NCBI RefSeq assembly: GCF_044704955.1
Contig: NW_027253860.1
Coordinates: 310,001 to 374,000 of the forward strand
From: Pristiophorus japonicus
Lineage: Eukaryota
Direction: 5' to 3'
DNA: 64,000 nt
The notes beneath the pieces are model-generated. The model saw only the letters and a program-made list of their open reading frames with translations, had not been told where the DNA came from and did not search any database. The position numbers and the translations under genes are program-made. Below, in pieces: positions 50,585-63,301 of this stretch (its first letter is position 1; each line of letters starts with the position of its first letter).

Positions 50585-50929
50585 TGGTTACATTGAGCTG
50601 GGTTCCGTTCCCGCTGATATCGCCCCACACTTTACAGTAATAGGCGGCAGTGTCACTGGGCTGCACGTCTGTGACTGTCAGAATGAAGCTGTTATTGGAG
50701 GTGTCTCTGGAAGGCTGGAGACGGTCAGTGGAACCTGGGCTCCCTCGTGTGCTGCCACTTGCCTCATGTGTTAAAACCCACTCCATATCTTGCCCCGGTA
50801 GTTGCCGGTACCAGTGGACATCGGTGTCACTCACTCTGGCGTTCCGCATGGTGCACTGTAACCTCGCCGTGTGACCCTCTGTGACACGTTCCAGGCTCGG
50901 AGACTGGGTCAGGACAGGGACAACTGCAC
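50585..50929 (-). CDS. Receptor gene exon: Ig V-set domain 1 with joined J-like G strand (phase 1-1, 345 bp)
   Basis: Acceptor ttttcccattaaag| and donor |gtaagt. Translation (G)AVVPVLTQSPSLERVTEGHTARLQCTMRNARVSDTDVHWYRQLPGQDMEWVLTHEASGSTRGSPGSTDRLQPSRDTSNNSFILTVTDVQPSDTAAYYCKVWGDISGNGTQLNVT has the canonical Cys, WYRQ, DxAxYYC and GxGTxLxV motifs. Confidence 0.93.
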
Positions 50930-51278
50930 CTTTAATGGGAAAATATCAATCACTTAAAAACCGGTCTGAAGGTTGATAAATGTCTGAAATGTTTCAATGA
51001 AAACTGCAGGCAGCTCACCTGAGCTTCAGTAAATTCTAAACAACTGATCATTATATGGCCTGATATGAAAAGCTCCAGGATTTCTTTGCTTCATGCATAC
51101 AGCTGCCTCTGCCACTTCCTCCACAACCTCCCCGAGTCTTCCTCCCTGATCCCCATCACTGCAGATTCTCCCCAATCTCCCTCCCATGCCTTCTCTTCAC
51201 TTATTTCCCAAATGATGCTCACACCCTGGCCAAGTGATTTCTTCTCCATACACCTCCTGACTCCTCTTTATCCCTTAC

Positions 51279-54003
51279 TGTCATGTGTCTGACATGTTAC
51301 TGCTTACACTATTACAAGGTGTGCCACCAGAGGTCACCGCAATGGGAGACTTGCAGGTTCCCTGTACAGGTGTGCCTGACCTTGTATAAAAGGCAGATCA
51401 CCAGGTGTGATCCTCACTCTGGAGTTACCAATAAAGGACTAAGGTCACTACAGTTCAAGTACAACACATTGCCTCATGCAATCATTGTCAGCGTATCTAA
51501 AGACAACAATTGGCGACGAGATTAGGAACCTTCACGTGAAAATGGCTACCCTTGGTACATTGCAGCAGTTTGCCGATGCTGATGATTGGGATGTCTTTGT
51601 GGAGAGGCTCGATCATTTCTTCACAGCAAAGACCTGGCAGGAGAAACCCGGCCACACTGGCTGATAAGTGCAGAGCTATCCTGCTAACCAGTTGTGGGCC
51701 CATCATCTATGACCTCGTCAGGGACTTGCTGGCACCAGCGAAGACAACGACCAAGACGTACAAGGAGCTTGTAACGCTGATCCAAGAGCAACTGAAGCCC
51801 AAGGAGAGCATCCTCACAGCCAGACACTGGTTCAGCACCCACCGACGGCCAAGAAATTGCAAAATATGCTGCAGACCTCAGGAGGCTGGTGGCACCGTGT
51901 GATTTTGGCGACCACATCACTGAAGCGCTGCGAGACATTTTTGTCATTGGAATCGGCCATGAGAGCCTTCTTCATTAGCTACTGTCTGCGGATACCACAG
52001 TCACACTGCAGAAGGCCATCTCTGTGAGCCAGACATTCATGACCTCGACCTGCGTTTCTAGGCAGATGGCCCATCCTCAGGACTCAAACCCTGCAAGTAC
52101 TATGCACAGAGTGGCGTCTTTTAGAGGCTGGACTGTAGAACGTGAACCTTCTCAGGGAAGAGAGAACAGACCCCTGAGGCCCTTAACTCAGAGTTCGCCG
52201 AGGGGCACTAACCGAGTAGCTCCATTCTGGCGTTGTGGAGGGAATCACAGGGCTCACCAGTGCCGTTTTAAAGACTGTGTGTAAAGGCTGCAGCACAAAG
52301 GGCCACCTCAAGCGAATGTGTAAGAGAAATATGACTCACTGTGTCGATGAAGAGTCTGCAGATGGCCATGAATCCAGCGTAGATTATGAAACGATAGGCA
52401 GAGAGGCAGCTCAGCCCCATGATGAGGTATATAGCACGTTTACCTACACCACCGAAGGTTCCCCATTGAGGATGGAAGTCGAGATAGATGGTGTTCCAGT
52501 CTTCATGGAAGTGGACACAGGGGCGAGCCAGTCAGTAATGAATCAAGAAACCTTTGAGAGGTTATGGGACAATCAGGCTGAATGAACCAAGTTGGTCCTG
52601 GTTCAGGCAAAGCTGCGCACCTGCACCGATGAACTTATCCCAGTTGTTGGTACTGCGAATGTAAAGGTACTCCATGATGGCGTGGTGCACAAGTTACCTC
52701 TGTGGATTGTTGCAGGTGATGCACCAATGCTACTCGGAAGAAGGTGGATGGAGAAGATCCATTGCAAGTGGGAGGACTTCATCCCTCCAGCAATCGACAT
52801 CCTCCGCGCTCGGAGGCACAGCAAGCCCTCACTTGAGGGTGGACCCGGCATCAGCAAGCAGACCAGCACAGCACCCGAGGCACAGACCGCTCAGCACGTG
52901 GAGATGATCCAGCTGAGACAACCCAAACACACCTTCCAGGCTCCAGTGGCAGGACTCCGGAGGAAGAAAATTGGATCCGAAGGCGACTTCCCAGCTTCGG
53001 TGGCAGATCCCGGGGAGAAGAGGATCACCGCAGTCGACATCGTGGATGGAGGGAAGATGGCGCCTAAACCACGAGGTGATGCACTGAAGAAAAAGATGGC
53101 GACGGCCAGACGACGAGGTGCTGCGCTGATGGAGCAACACGTGGCACCAGAGAAGAGGATTGGGGTAAAGATGGCAAAGCTCTCTTAAAGGAGGCCTGCA
53201 ACCCACCACACTTAAAGGGACTGTTTCACATTTTCAAACAATGTAAAGTCAACGGTGAGCCAGATGTAAGATGTGAAATTGATGATCAGCGTTGTGTACA
53301 TGCAATAAACAAAGAAAAGGTGCGTGATCACGATCGGAGCTACAAGTTATTTATAATGAGTAATGAAACGTTGTGCGATGTAGGATTTCAACTGCACTCA
53401 ACCAATGCAGTGGGCAGACACCAATCGGGAGCACACAGGTCCAGTGAGCTACCCAATGTAGTAGCCTGCGTCCCTGGGGCCAGAGTTGTGCACCATGGCG
53501 TGTCACCTCAAATGTAATGCAAACTTGTTTTTCTGGACTTGAATGTATATGAATGCAATGAACCTCCAGCATAATCTATATGTGGGGGGAGAGAATGGAG
53601 TGGTCATGGACACACACACAAACAGTAACCACCAGCACTCTACTGCCAACGAAACACCAACCACTCACCCAAAATAGAAACGACCCGCCAAGGGTCAACC
53701 AGATAGAGCTAAGCCCAGAGCACAGTCAATGCAGAGGCGATTTGCACTAAAGGCTTGGGGGAGAGCGATGTCATGTACCCTACATGGTTACTGCTTGCAC
53801 TATTACAAGGTGTGCCACCAGAGGGCACTGCAGTGGGAGACTTGTAGGTTACCTGTACAGGTGTGCCTGGCCCAGTATAAAAGGCAGGCCACCAGGTGTA
53901 ATCCTCACGCTGGAGTTATCAATAAAGGACTAAGGTCACTACAGTTCAAGTACAACACACTGCCTCGTGGAGTCATTATCAGAGCATCGAAAAAGACATA
54001 ACA
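51279..54003 (+). mobile_element. Non-autonomous Gypsy LTR element (gag and protease only)
   Basis: LTRs at 51279-51508 and 53769-54003, TSD CTTAC/TTTAC, PBS TGGCGACGAG at 51511, PPT before 53769. Gag DDWDVFVERL and protease EVDTGA are present; no RT or integrase. Confidence 0.9.
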
Positions 54004-54618
54004 TTTACTGTGTAGCTCACACTACTAGTGACTTTCCTCAAACATTCAAAACCAGTCATCAATCCCCTCCTCAAACAAGCCACCCACCCGCCTGTCCTCT
54101 CTGCCTGCTGACCCATCTTCACCTAAACTCCAAGCCCAACCCTCTCAATGCTGCCTGTTCCAATCTGTCCAGTCCAATTCCAGCTCACAGCATTGAAGTG
54201 GCCCTGCCCAAGGTCACACCTGATACCCTACAACACTGACATCCTTATCCATGCTCCTGTCACCTCTGGTCTTGATGGCTCCAATGCTCTCATTGCTGGC
54301 CTCACATCCTCAGTGAACTCGACTGATTTGTCCAAAATACAGTCGCTCATATCCTGTCCCACAGGAAATCCTCCTCACTGTCATCGTACAGAGGCTCCCT
54401 GTCCCTCAATGCACTAAATATAAACTCTTGTCCTCAGCTTCAAATCTCTGACTGGCCTTGTCCCACCTCCAACCTTCTGTAACCTCCTCCAGGCCGATAA
54501 CCCCGGCACTCTTTGCTTCTTTAACTGTGCATTCACTCCCCCTTCCCCTCCCCCCATTGGTGGAAAAGCCTTTCATTGCCTCAGCCCGACTCCCTCGAGC
54601 TCCCTCGCTAAACCCCTC

Positions 54619-54857
54619 TGTAATGCATTTACTTCTTGGGTTCTTTGCTTTAAGAATTCATAGCAACACATTGCTATCAAGAACTAGTTGGTTTATTAAC
54701 AAAGGTTTAACAATCCCACTACACATTACCAGTTCATCCACGAGGCTCACAACTGCATACCTCATCGTGGATGACCTGGGCCCAACTGATTGGGGTTTTA
54801 TTGAGTCTTGTCAACATCACATGACTGGCTAAGCCACTCACAATGCAACAGTTCTAC
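54619..54857 (-). mobile_element. Possible solo LTR within L2 remnants (about 54230-54618)
   Basis: TGTA...TACA termini and an internal minus-strand AATAAA; no TSD found. Confidence 0.35.
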
Positions 54858-57800
54858 ACTATTTTAAGTAGAAACTTTAAATCAAGTTCCTGGAACAGCT
54901 CCACAATTATTTTTGTGAACCTATAAATCAAGTGACCCTTGTTAACGGGGGATACTAAAAGCGGCAAATTAAACAAATTAACTTTTAAACTTTAATGATC
55001 AAATTAAAATTTGGTTGCTCGGGGTGATGATACACTCCAGTTCCTTTGGTGTCCACCTCTTGTGGAAGGCCGTGAGCGTATCGGTGGACACTGCGTGCTC
55101 CATCTCCAGGGACACCCTGGCTCGGATGTAACCGCGGAAGAGAGGCAGGCAGTCAGGCTGAACGACCCCGTCGACCGCCCGCTGCCTGGACATGCTGATG
55201 GACTCCATGGCCATGCCCAGGAGCAGTCCTATGAGGAGGCCCTCCGACCTGCCCGCTCCCCTCTGCACAAGGTGCCCAAAGATCAGGAGTGTAGGACTGA
55301 AGTGCAACCAGAATTTGAGGAGCAGCCCCTTCAAATATTGGAACAGGGCCTGCAACCTCACACACTCAATATAAATATGGAACACGGACTCTTCCAGACC
55401 GCAGAAATTACAGGCGGCCTGGGAGTCCGTGAACTGACTTAAAAATCGATTGCACGGGACTGCTCCGTGCAACACCCTCCTGGCCAAATCCCCAATAAAT
55501 AAAGGGAGGACTCCTGCATAGAGTGCACTCCATTGGGGACCCCCGCCTCATCCGGACGGGAAGATGGTGCACCATTGCATGTCCAGACGGCAGACGAGGA
55601 TGGCAAGGTAGAGAGTGTGCAGGAGCAGCCCATACAGGAAACCCCTCCGCGCAGAACTGAAAGGCACGGAGGGGATTTCCCAGAAGAGGCTCAAATTGTG
55701 AGGCGCCGGCTCCTGAAGGAGGTTTCGGGACTTGGTGCCGATGAGGAATTCCGTCCGGACGGGGGTCAGTTTGGACGGGATCGCCCCTCGTGCTTGAGCA
55801 TCCTCGACACACCTAACGGAGTCAGGGCCCAGTGCCGTTTTTAGCGACTCGATGGCATTGGCCACATGCCAGACCAGGATAGGTGCCGTGCCAGCTCTTC
55901 AGGCACCATCCAGCACGCTCCTCGCCATCGAGCAGGTCCCTGACCCTGGTCACCTCGCCAGACACAGCCCTCTCGTCCGCCTGCCACCGAAAACCGCGGT
56001 GGTGGAGGTACAGATTCCTGAGCAGCGGCTCCCAAAGGACAGCCGCCACTCCAGACGGGGGAGAGCTGCGCTTGGTGGCGACTCTGTTCCAGACCCTGAT
56101 GAGTTCCTGGTAAAAGGTGGGCAGCCCCCACATGGTGGTCCTGACACCCCCCAGGCTCACAAACAGGAACTGCGTATCATAATTGAGGCTGTACTGCTGG
56201 CGGAAGAAATACATCGCCAGCACACACCACCTAGGAGGGGGCTCAACATACAGCTATCTCTGCAGGGTCTGAAGATGGAAAGTCGCGTGCTGGGTGCTGA
56301 TGCACACCAATGCCTGCCCTCCTTCAGCAGGAGACTCAGAACCGCAGCAGAGAACCAGTGCTTCCTGTTGTTCCAGAAGAAGTCCACCAGTTTTTTCTGC
56401 ATCTTGGTGACAAATGCAGGGGGAGGGGTCAAAGTGACCAGCCAGTACCACAGCATAGCGGCCACCAGCTGGTTTATGACTAGCGCTCGACCCCTGTAGG
56501 ACAGCACTCGGAGCAGTCCTGTCCAGTGCCCTCGGCAAGTGGCAATTTGGCCTCCAGCTCTTGCCAGTTCGCCGGCCAGGCTTCCTCGGCAAGGCTAAGG
56601 TAGACTCCCAGATAGAGGAGATGGGTCGTGCTCCTCTGAGCTCCTCCGGCAGGGAGTCCACCTGCCACTCACCCACCAGGAGTCCGGAACATTTCTCTCA
56701 GTTGATCCTGGCGGAGGATGCGGCCGAGTAAATCTCCTGGCACTCACGCATCCTCCGCAGTTCAATGGGATCCTCGACCATGAGGAGCAGATCATCGGCG
56801 TAAGCCGAGAGGACGACCTCCACGTCCGACCCTTGCAGAGCCAATCCCGTCAACCTCTTCCGCAAGAGGCGCAGGAAAGGCTCCACTCATATGGCATATA
56901 ACTGGCTGGACATGGGGCATCCCTGGCGCACACCTATCCCAAAGCGAAGGGGTGCCGTCAAAGATCCATTAACCTTAATCAGACACTCCGCGGCCACATA
57001 CAAAAGTCAGATCCAGGCAACGAAATGCGTCCTGAACCTGACAGTGTGCATAGTTCCGAACAGATACTCGTGATCCATCCTGTCGAACGCCTTCTCCTGT
57101 CGAGGGAAAGGAAGGCGATCGACAGACCAGCCTCCTGGGAATGGTGGACCAGGTCCCGGACCAGATAGATGTTATCGTGGATTGCCCGGCCCGGGACCGT
57201 GCAGGACTGGTCGGGTGGATCATGTGGTCTAGCACGGCCCCAAGGCGAGCAGACACAGCCCTGGCAAAAATGTTGCAATCCGTCCTGAGCAGGGAGACCG
57301 GGCGCCAGTTCTCAAGTAGGCGGAGATCGCCCTTCATAGGCCGCAGGACGATGACTGCCCTGCGCCAAGAGAGGGGCATCTCCCCGGTCGCCGGACTTTC
57401 CCCCAGGACCCGCACGTAGTCGGCCCCAAGGATGCCCTGTGGAATTCCACGGTCAGCCCATCCAGCCCCAGGGACTTTCCCCTCGAGAGCTGGTCGAGGG
57501 CACCGGTCAGCTCCGCCAGGCCCAGCAGATCATCCAGATTCTCGGCACCATCCAGCCCGACCTTCGGCAGGTCCTCCCACAAAACTCTACACGCTTCTTC
57601 GCTGGACGGATCCGGGGAGAACAGAGCCCTGCAATAGTCTCAGGCCCTGTGGCTGATGCCCTCCGGATCTGAGACCAGAGATCCGTCGTCGGCCAGCAGC
57701 GTGAAGAGCTGCTTACGGACCCCGTCTTTTTTCCAGCGAGTAGAAGGGGGAGCCGCGGTCCAGCTCCCGGAGGAACAAGATACGTGACCTCACGAATGTG

Positions 57801-59822
57801 CCTCGGGACCCGATGAGCTGCAGGTCCTTCAGCGCGGCCTTCTTCGCTTTGTACACGGTCCACAGGGCCGGGTCCTCCACGACTTGACCGAGATGGGACT
57901 CCAGGTCGAGCATCTCCTTCTCCAGGCGCCCCACCCTGGCCTCCCGCCTCTTGGTCGACCCCTTCGCGTACTCTTGACAGAAGAGACGGAAGTGAGCCTT
58001 GCCCACGTCCCACCATAACCTCAAGGAGGGGAACCCCCCTGCTTCCTTCTCCAGTCGGACCAGAACCGATGGAACAAATCCTGGAACCGCTTGTCCCCCA
58101 GCAGCAGGTTGTTAAAATGCCAGTACGCGGACCCCACCCGCACACGGAGCGAAGCAAGCTCCGCCCACATCAGGTGGTGGTCCGAGCACGGCACCGGCCG
58201 CATGGAAGCTGCCGGAACTCAGGAGACGTACGCCCGGGAAATGTACAAGCAGTCGATTCTGGACCTTCCTCTTCCAGGCCTCACCCAAGTGAAGGTGCTG
58301 GAGTCGGGATGGAGATTTCGCCAGACGTCCACCAAGTCGAAGGACCCGACCAGATCCCTCAACGTTTCTATCACCGCCAAGCTCTGCAAGGCACCGGAGT
58401 GGTCCCTCGCCTCGAGGGTGCAATTAAAATCCCGCCCCGAGGACAATGCAGTCGCCGACGTTGACGGAGCCTAGAAGAGTGGACACTTCTTCTCGGAAAC
58501 GCACTTGCTCACTAAATGGAGCGGCACGTCCCCCAGGCGAACCATGACATGGAGCAAGCGGCCTGGCACAGGCTTCTCGACCCACAAGATCTCCGGCTGA
58601 AAATGTGGGGCCAGCAAGATAGCCACCCCACAAGAAGTGGCAGTGAGGTGGCTCATGCGAACCTCTCCTTGCCATTCCAGGAGTCACGTGGCCCCATCTC
58701 CCGGCACGGTGTGGGTTTCTTGCAGGAAGCACACCAGATATTTCCCCTCCCGAAGGAGCGAAAAATTATTAAATTCTCAGCGTGCCTCTCTGCCGCCATT
58801 GATGTTGAGGCTGGCTACGGTTATCTTCATGACAAGAGCATCGTGCAATCTCTAAATAACGTACTGTGGGGAGGGACGGAGTCATGAGATGACCTCCACT
58901 CCCTCAGCAACCCAGTGAGGAACGTTCTGAGCCGGTGCAGCTGAAGATGACTTTTTTTGGTCAGGTCCTGTCCGCGCCCATGGTTCTGACGGCGGACGGA
59001 CCTGATGAGCAGCACCGACTTGGACCATTGGTCCAGGGACAGGTGGGCTCTATTGCGGTGACCCTGGCATTGCACCAAAAATCCCGGAGTTCCTTGGCAG
59101 GAATGAGGGTGGACTCAGCGGCGGGCACGAGGAGATCCATTGCCTCACTGCCGATGGACTCCAAATCCTCTCCCGCGTCCACCACCGAGTCCCCGTCCTC
59201 CTCCGGGAGGTTGCCACCAGCGGCCAGTCCGTCGACCGCACAGGGTACGGTGAACGGCCCGGCCGCACCATCCGGCCCTACCTCTGTCACAATCCTATCC
59301 CCAGGATCATTGGCAGAGCAGTCCCCCCTGGGCTCTTCCTGGAATACTGGGTCGGGAAGTGGCAGCGGACGGGGGTCCCCCTCCGCCCCAGGCACCGGGG
59401 AGCACGGAGAGACCGGGCCGAAGAACTGCTCCAGGTTCTCCAAGTACCCCGGCTCCAACATCAGGGACAGAGATTGGTGTTCCTCACCCTCCCCACCACC
59501 ACCCTCTGACCCAGTGGGCGGGGGTTCTTGTGATACTCTTCTGCCGGGTCGGGCAGATCCCGGGGGATGCTGATGTTTGACTGGGCGAGCTCGGACTCTT
59601 CGGCCTTGCCCGCCTCAGTCCCCAGGACACTCGATCCTGCGGCGATACTTTCTTTTTGCTGCACGGCGGCCTCCGCAACAGACAGTTCTTCTTCCCCATC
59701 CCCAGGAGGCTCAGGCTAGACAGCCTTGGCTGTCTCACCCCCCTGAGGGACAGACTCCCCCCGCCTTCGGCACACGTTGGGAGCACTGGTGGGGGACGCG
59801 GGACCCTCACCAGGCACCAACT

Positions 59823-62032
59823 TAGAAACATAGAAACATAGAAAATAGGTGCAGGAGTAGGCCATTCAGCCCTTCTGGCCTGCACCGCCATTCAATGAGT
59901 TCATGGCTGAACATTCAACTTCAGTACCCACTTCCTGCTTTCACGCCATACCCCTTGATCCCCCGAGTAGTAAGGACTTCATCTAACTCCCTTTTGAATA
60001 TATTTAGTGAATTGGCCTCAACTACTTTCTGTGGTCGAGAATTCCACAGGTTCACCACTCTCTGGGTGAAGAAGTTTCTCCTTATCTCGGTCCTAAATGG
60101 CTTACCCCTTATCCTTAGACTGTGACCCCTGGTTCTGGACTTCCCCAACATTGGGAACATTCTTCCTGCATCCAACCTGTCCAAACCCGTCAGAATTTTA
60201 AACGTTTCTATGAGGTCCCCTCTCACTCTTCTGAACTCCAGTGAATACAAGCCCAGTTGATCCAGTCTTTCTTGATAGGTCAGTCCCACCATCCCGGGAA
60301 TCAGTCTGGTGAATCTTCGCTGCACTCCCTCAATAGCAAGAATGTCCTTCCTCAAGTTAGGAGACCAAAACTGTACACAATACTCCAGGTGTGGCCTCAC
60401 CAAGGCCCTGTACAACTGTAGCAACACCTCCCTGCCCCTGTACTCAAATCCCCTCGCTATGAAGGCCAACATGCCATTTGCTTTCTTAACCGCCTGCTGT
60501 ACCTGCATGCCAACCTTCAATGACTGATGTACCATGACACCCAGGTCTCGTTGCACCTTCCCTTTTCCTAATCTGTCACCATTCAGATAATAGTCTGTCT
60601 CTCTGTTTTTACCACCAAAGTGGATAACCTCACATTTATCCACATTATACTTCATCTGCCACGCATTTGCCCACTCACCTAACCTATCCAAGTCACTCTG
60701 TAGCCTCATAGCATCCTCCTCGCAGCTCACACTGCCACCCAACTTAGTGTCATCCGCAAATTTGGAGATACTACATTTAATCCCCTCGTCTAAATCATTA
60801 ATGTACAATGTAAACAGCTGGGGCCCCAGCACAGAACCCTGCGGTACCCCACTAGTCACTGCCTGCCATTCCGAAAAGTACCCATTTACTCCTACTCTTT
60901 GCTTCCTGTCTGACAACCAGTTCTCAATCCACGTCAGCACACTACCCCCAATCCCATGTGCTTTAACTTTGCACATTAATCTCCTGTGTGGGACCTTGTC
61001 GAAAGCCTTCTGAAAGTCCAAATATACCACATCAACTGGTACTACTTTGTCCACTTTATTGGAAACAGCCTCAAAAAATTCCAGAAGATTTGTCAAGCAT
61101 GATCTCCCTTTCACAAATCCATGCTGACTTGGACCTATCATGTCACCATTTTCCAAATGCGCTGCTATGACATCCTTAATAATTGATTCCATCATTTTAC
61201 CCACTACTGAGGTCAGGCTGACCGGTCTATAATTCCCTGCTTTCTCTCTCCCTCCTTTTTTAAAAAGTGGGGTTACATTGGCTACCCTCCACTCGATAGG
61301 AACTGATCCAGAGTCAATGGAATGTTGGAAAATGACTGTCAATGCATCCGCTATTTCCAAGGCCACCTCCTTAAGTACTCTGGGATGCAGTCCATCAGGC
61401 CCTGGGGATTTATCGGCCTTCAATCCCATCAATTTTCCCAACACAATTTCCCGACTAATAAAGAATTCCCTCAGTTCCTCCTCCTTAATAGACCCTCTGA
61501 CCACTTTTATATCCAGAAGGTTGTTTGTGTCCTCCCTAGTGAATACTGAACCAAAGTACTTGTTCAATTGGTCTGCCATTTCTTTGTTCCCAGTTATGAC
61601 TTCCCCTGATTCTGACTGCAGGGGACCTACGTTTGTCTTTACTAACCTTTTTCTCTTTACATACCTATAGAAACTTTTGCAATCCGCCTTAATGTTCCCT
61701 GCAAGCTTCTTCTCGTACTCCATTTTCCCTGCCCTAATCAAACCCTTTGTCCTCCTCTGCTGAGTTCTAAATTTCTCCCAGTCCCCAGGTTCGCTGCTAT
61801 TTCTGGCCAATTTGTATGCCATTTCCGTGGCTTTAATACTATCCCTGATTTCCCTAGATAGCCACGGTTGAGCCACCTTCCCTTTTTTATTTTTACGCCA
61901 GACAGGAATGTAGAATTGTTGTAATTCATCCATGCGGTCTCTAAATGTCTGCCATTGCCCATCCACAGTCAACCCCTTAAGTATCATTAGCCAATCTATC
62001 TTAGCCAATTCATGCCTCATACCTTCAAAGTT
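59823..62032 (-). mobile_element. Young 5'-truncated CR1 with an uninterrupted RT-to-stop frame
   Basis: ORF 59921-62380 from NFEGMRHEL onward; tagaaaca tail at 59823. Confidence 0.95.
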
Positions 62033-63255
62033 CTCCACGGAGGGATCTTGGTCCTCCTCCCTTTCCGTGGAGCGGTGCCTCCTTTTCTGTCTGGAGGGAC
62101 GCGGAAGCTGGGAGACCTCCATATCTGCCGAGGCCTCTGCCTCCACTCCCTCCTTCCGGGTTTCTTGCCCGCGCCCGACCACAGGTGGCAAAATCTCCGC
62201 AGATGTGGGTATGGTCAAGGGCTTGGGCACAGAATGCCCCGCGCTCGCCGGTGGTAAGTTGGGGCTAGCGCAGTGATAGGGCTGTTTAGCCCACTGAGGG
62301 GACTCGGCTGAAGGTGTTTGTCTTTCCCTCCAACCTGCCAGAGGCCGAGATGGCATTGGCCCCCGACGATGCCCGCGCATCTTTGGTTCCTAACACACAG
62401 ACGGTAACGGGGGGAGGACTGGCGGCGGCACCAGCCGAGGCCACTTTAGGTGTTTTGGCGGCCTTGGAGGCGGGGCAGTTCACTGCGGACATGCCCCACC
62501 TCTCTACAGGCATGGCACCACACGCTGTCCAGAAGAAGCGGTAGGCTGTCCCCTCGTGGACCACATTGAATGCACCTTCTGTTACCTCCTCCCGGACCAG
62601 CTGAACAAAAAGCTGGCGCCGGACGGAGAACACAAGGGAGGCTGGCCTCCCTGAAGCCGAGCGGGATCGGCATTATCCCCGCCCTCATCTCCACCAGTTG
62701 ACGTAGGTGGGGGAGGAGGAGCTCACCGGGAACAAAGGGCGGAACGTTGGAGATGACAATTCTCTGTGCGGTGGTCTCGAGTCCCACCCACCGTGAGCCC
62801 CTTATTCAGGGCCAGGGACACTCCCTGCTCTGACCCCAGGAAGAACATAGTCTTCATGTGCATTTTTGAGGTGGCGAGAATGGCCAAGTGGCTGACTACC
62901 CCAGCCATTGCCCTCACGCACTCCACAATCGTCATGTTGGGGTGGGTGTAGCTCTAGACCCCATTCTTTTTGGTCAATAATGTAAAAGGTGGCAGGGCAG
63001 CAGTGACCACCATGTGCGCATGTTTTTGCTGGCCCCGCCACCGGCGAAGGTGGACTCGCCATATCAGGGTCCCTTTAAAGGCCACACCCACCCCAATGTC
63101 ACAGGCCTTCAGGGCCTCTTTAATTGAGCAGCGGGAGCTCTTAATTAGGCACACCTCTCCCCTGCTTCTTTAACAATTGGGGAGGGGCCTCTTTCTCTCT
63201 GCTGGGTAGTTTTAATTAATAATAGTAATTGCAATTGAGAGTAGGAAAGAGGGGC

Positions 63256-63257
<2 letters not shown>

Positions 63258-63298
<41 letters not shown>
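63258..63298. repeat. (AG)n microsatellite; another lies at about 41010-41038
   Basis: Seen directly. Confidence 0.95.

Positions 63299-63301
<3 letters not shown>

Noticed and set aside
51019-51100. Candidate leader exon ending at a gtgagc donor near 51018
   Set aside because: The phase-1 frame required to join V1 has a TGA just before the donor, and no hydrophobic signal peptide is encoded. The leader probably lies outside the window.
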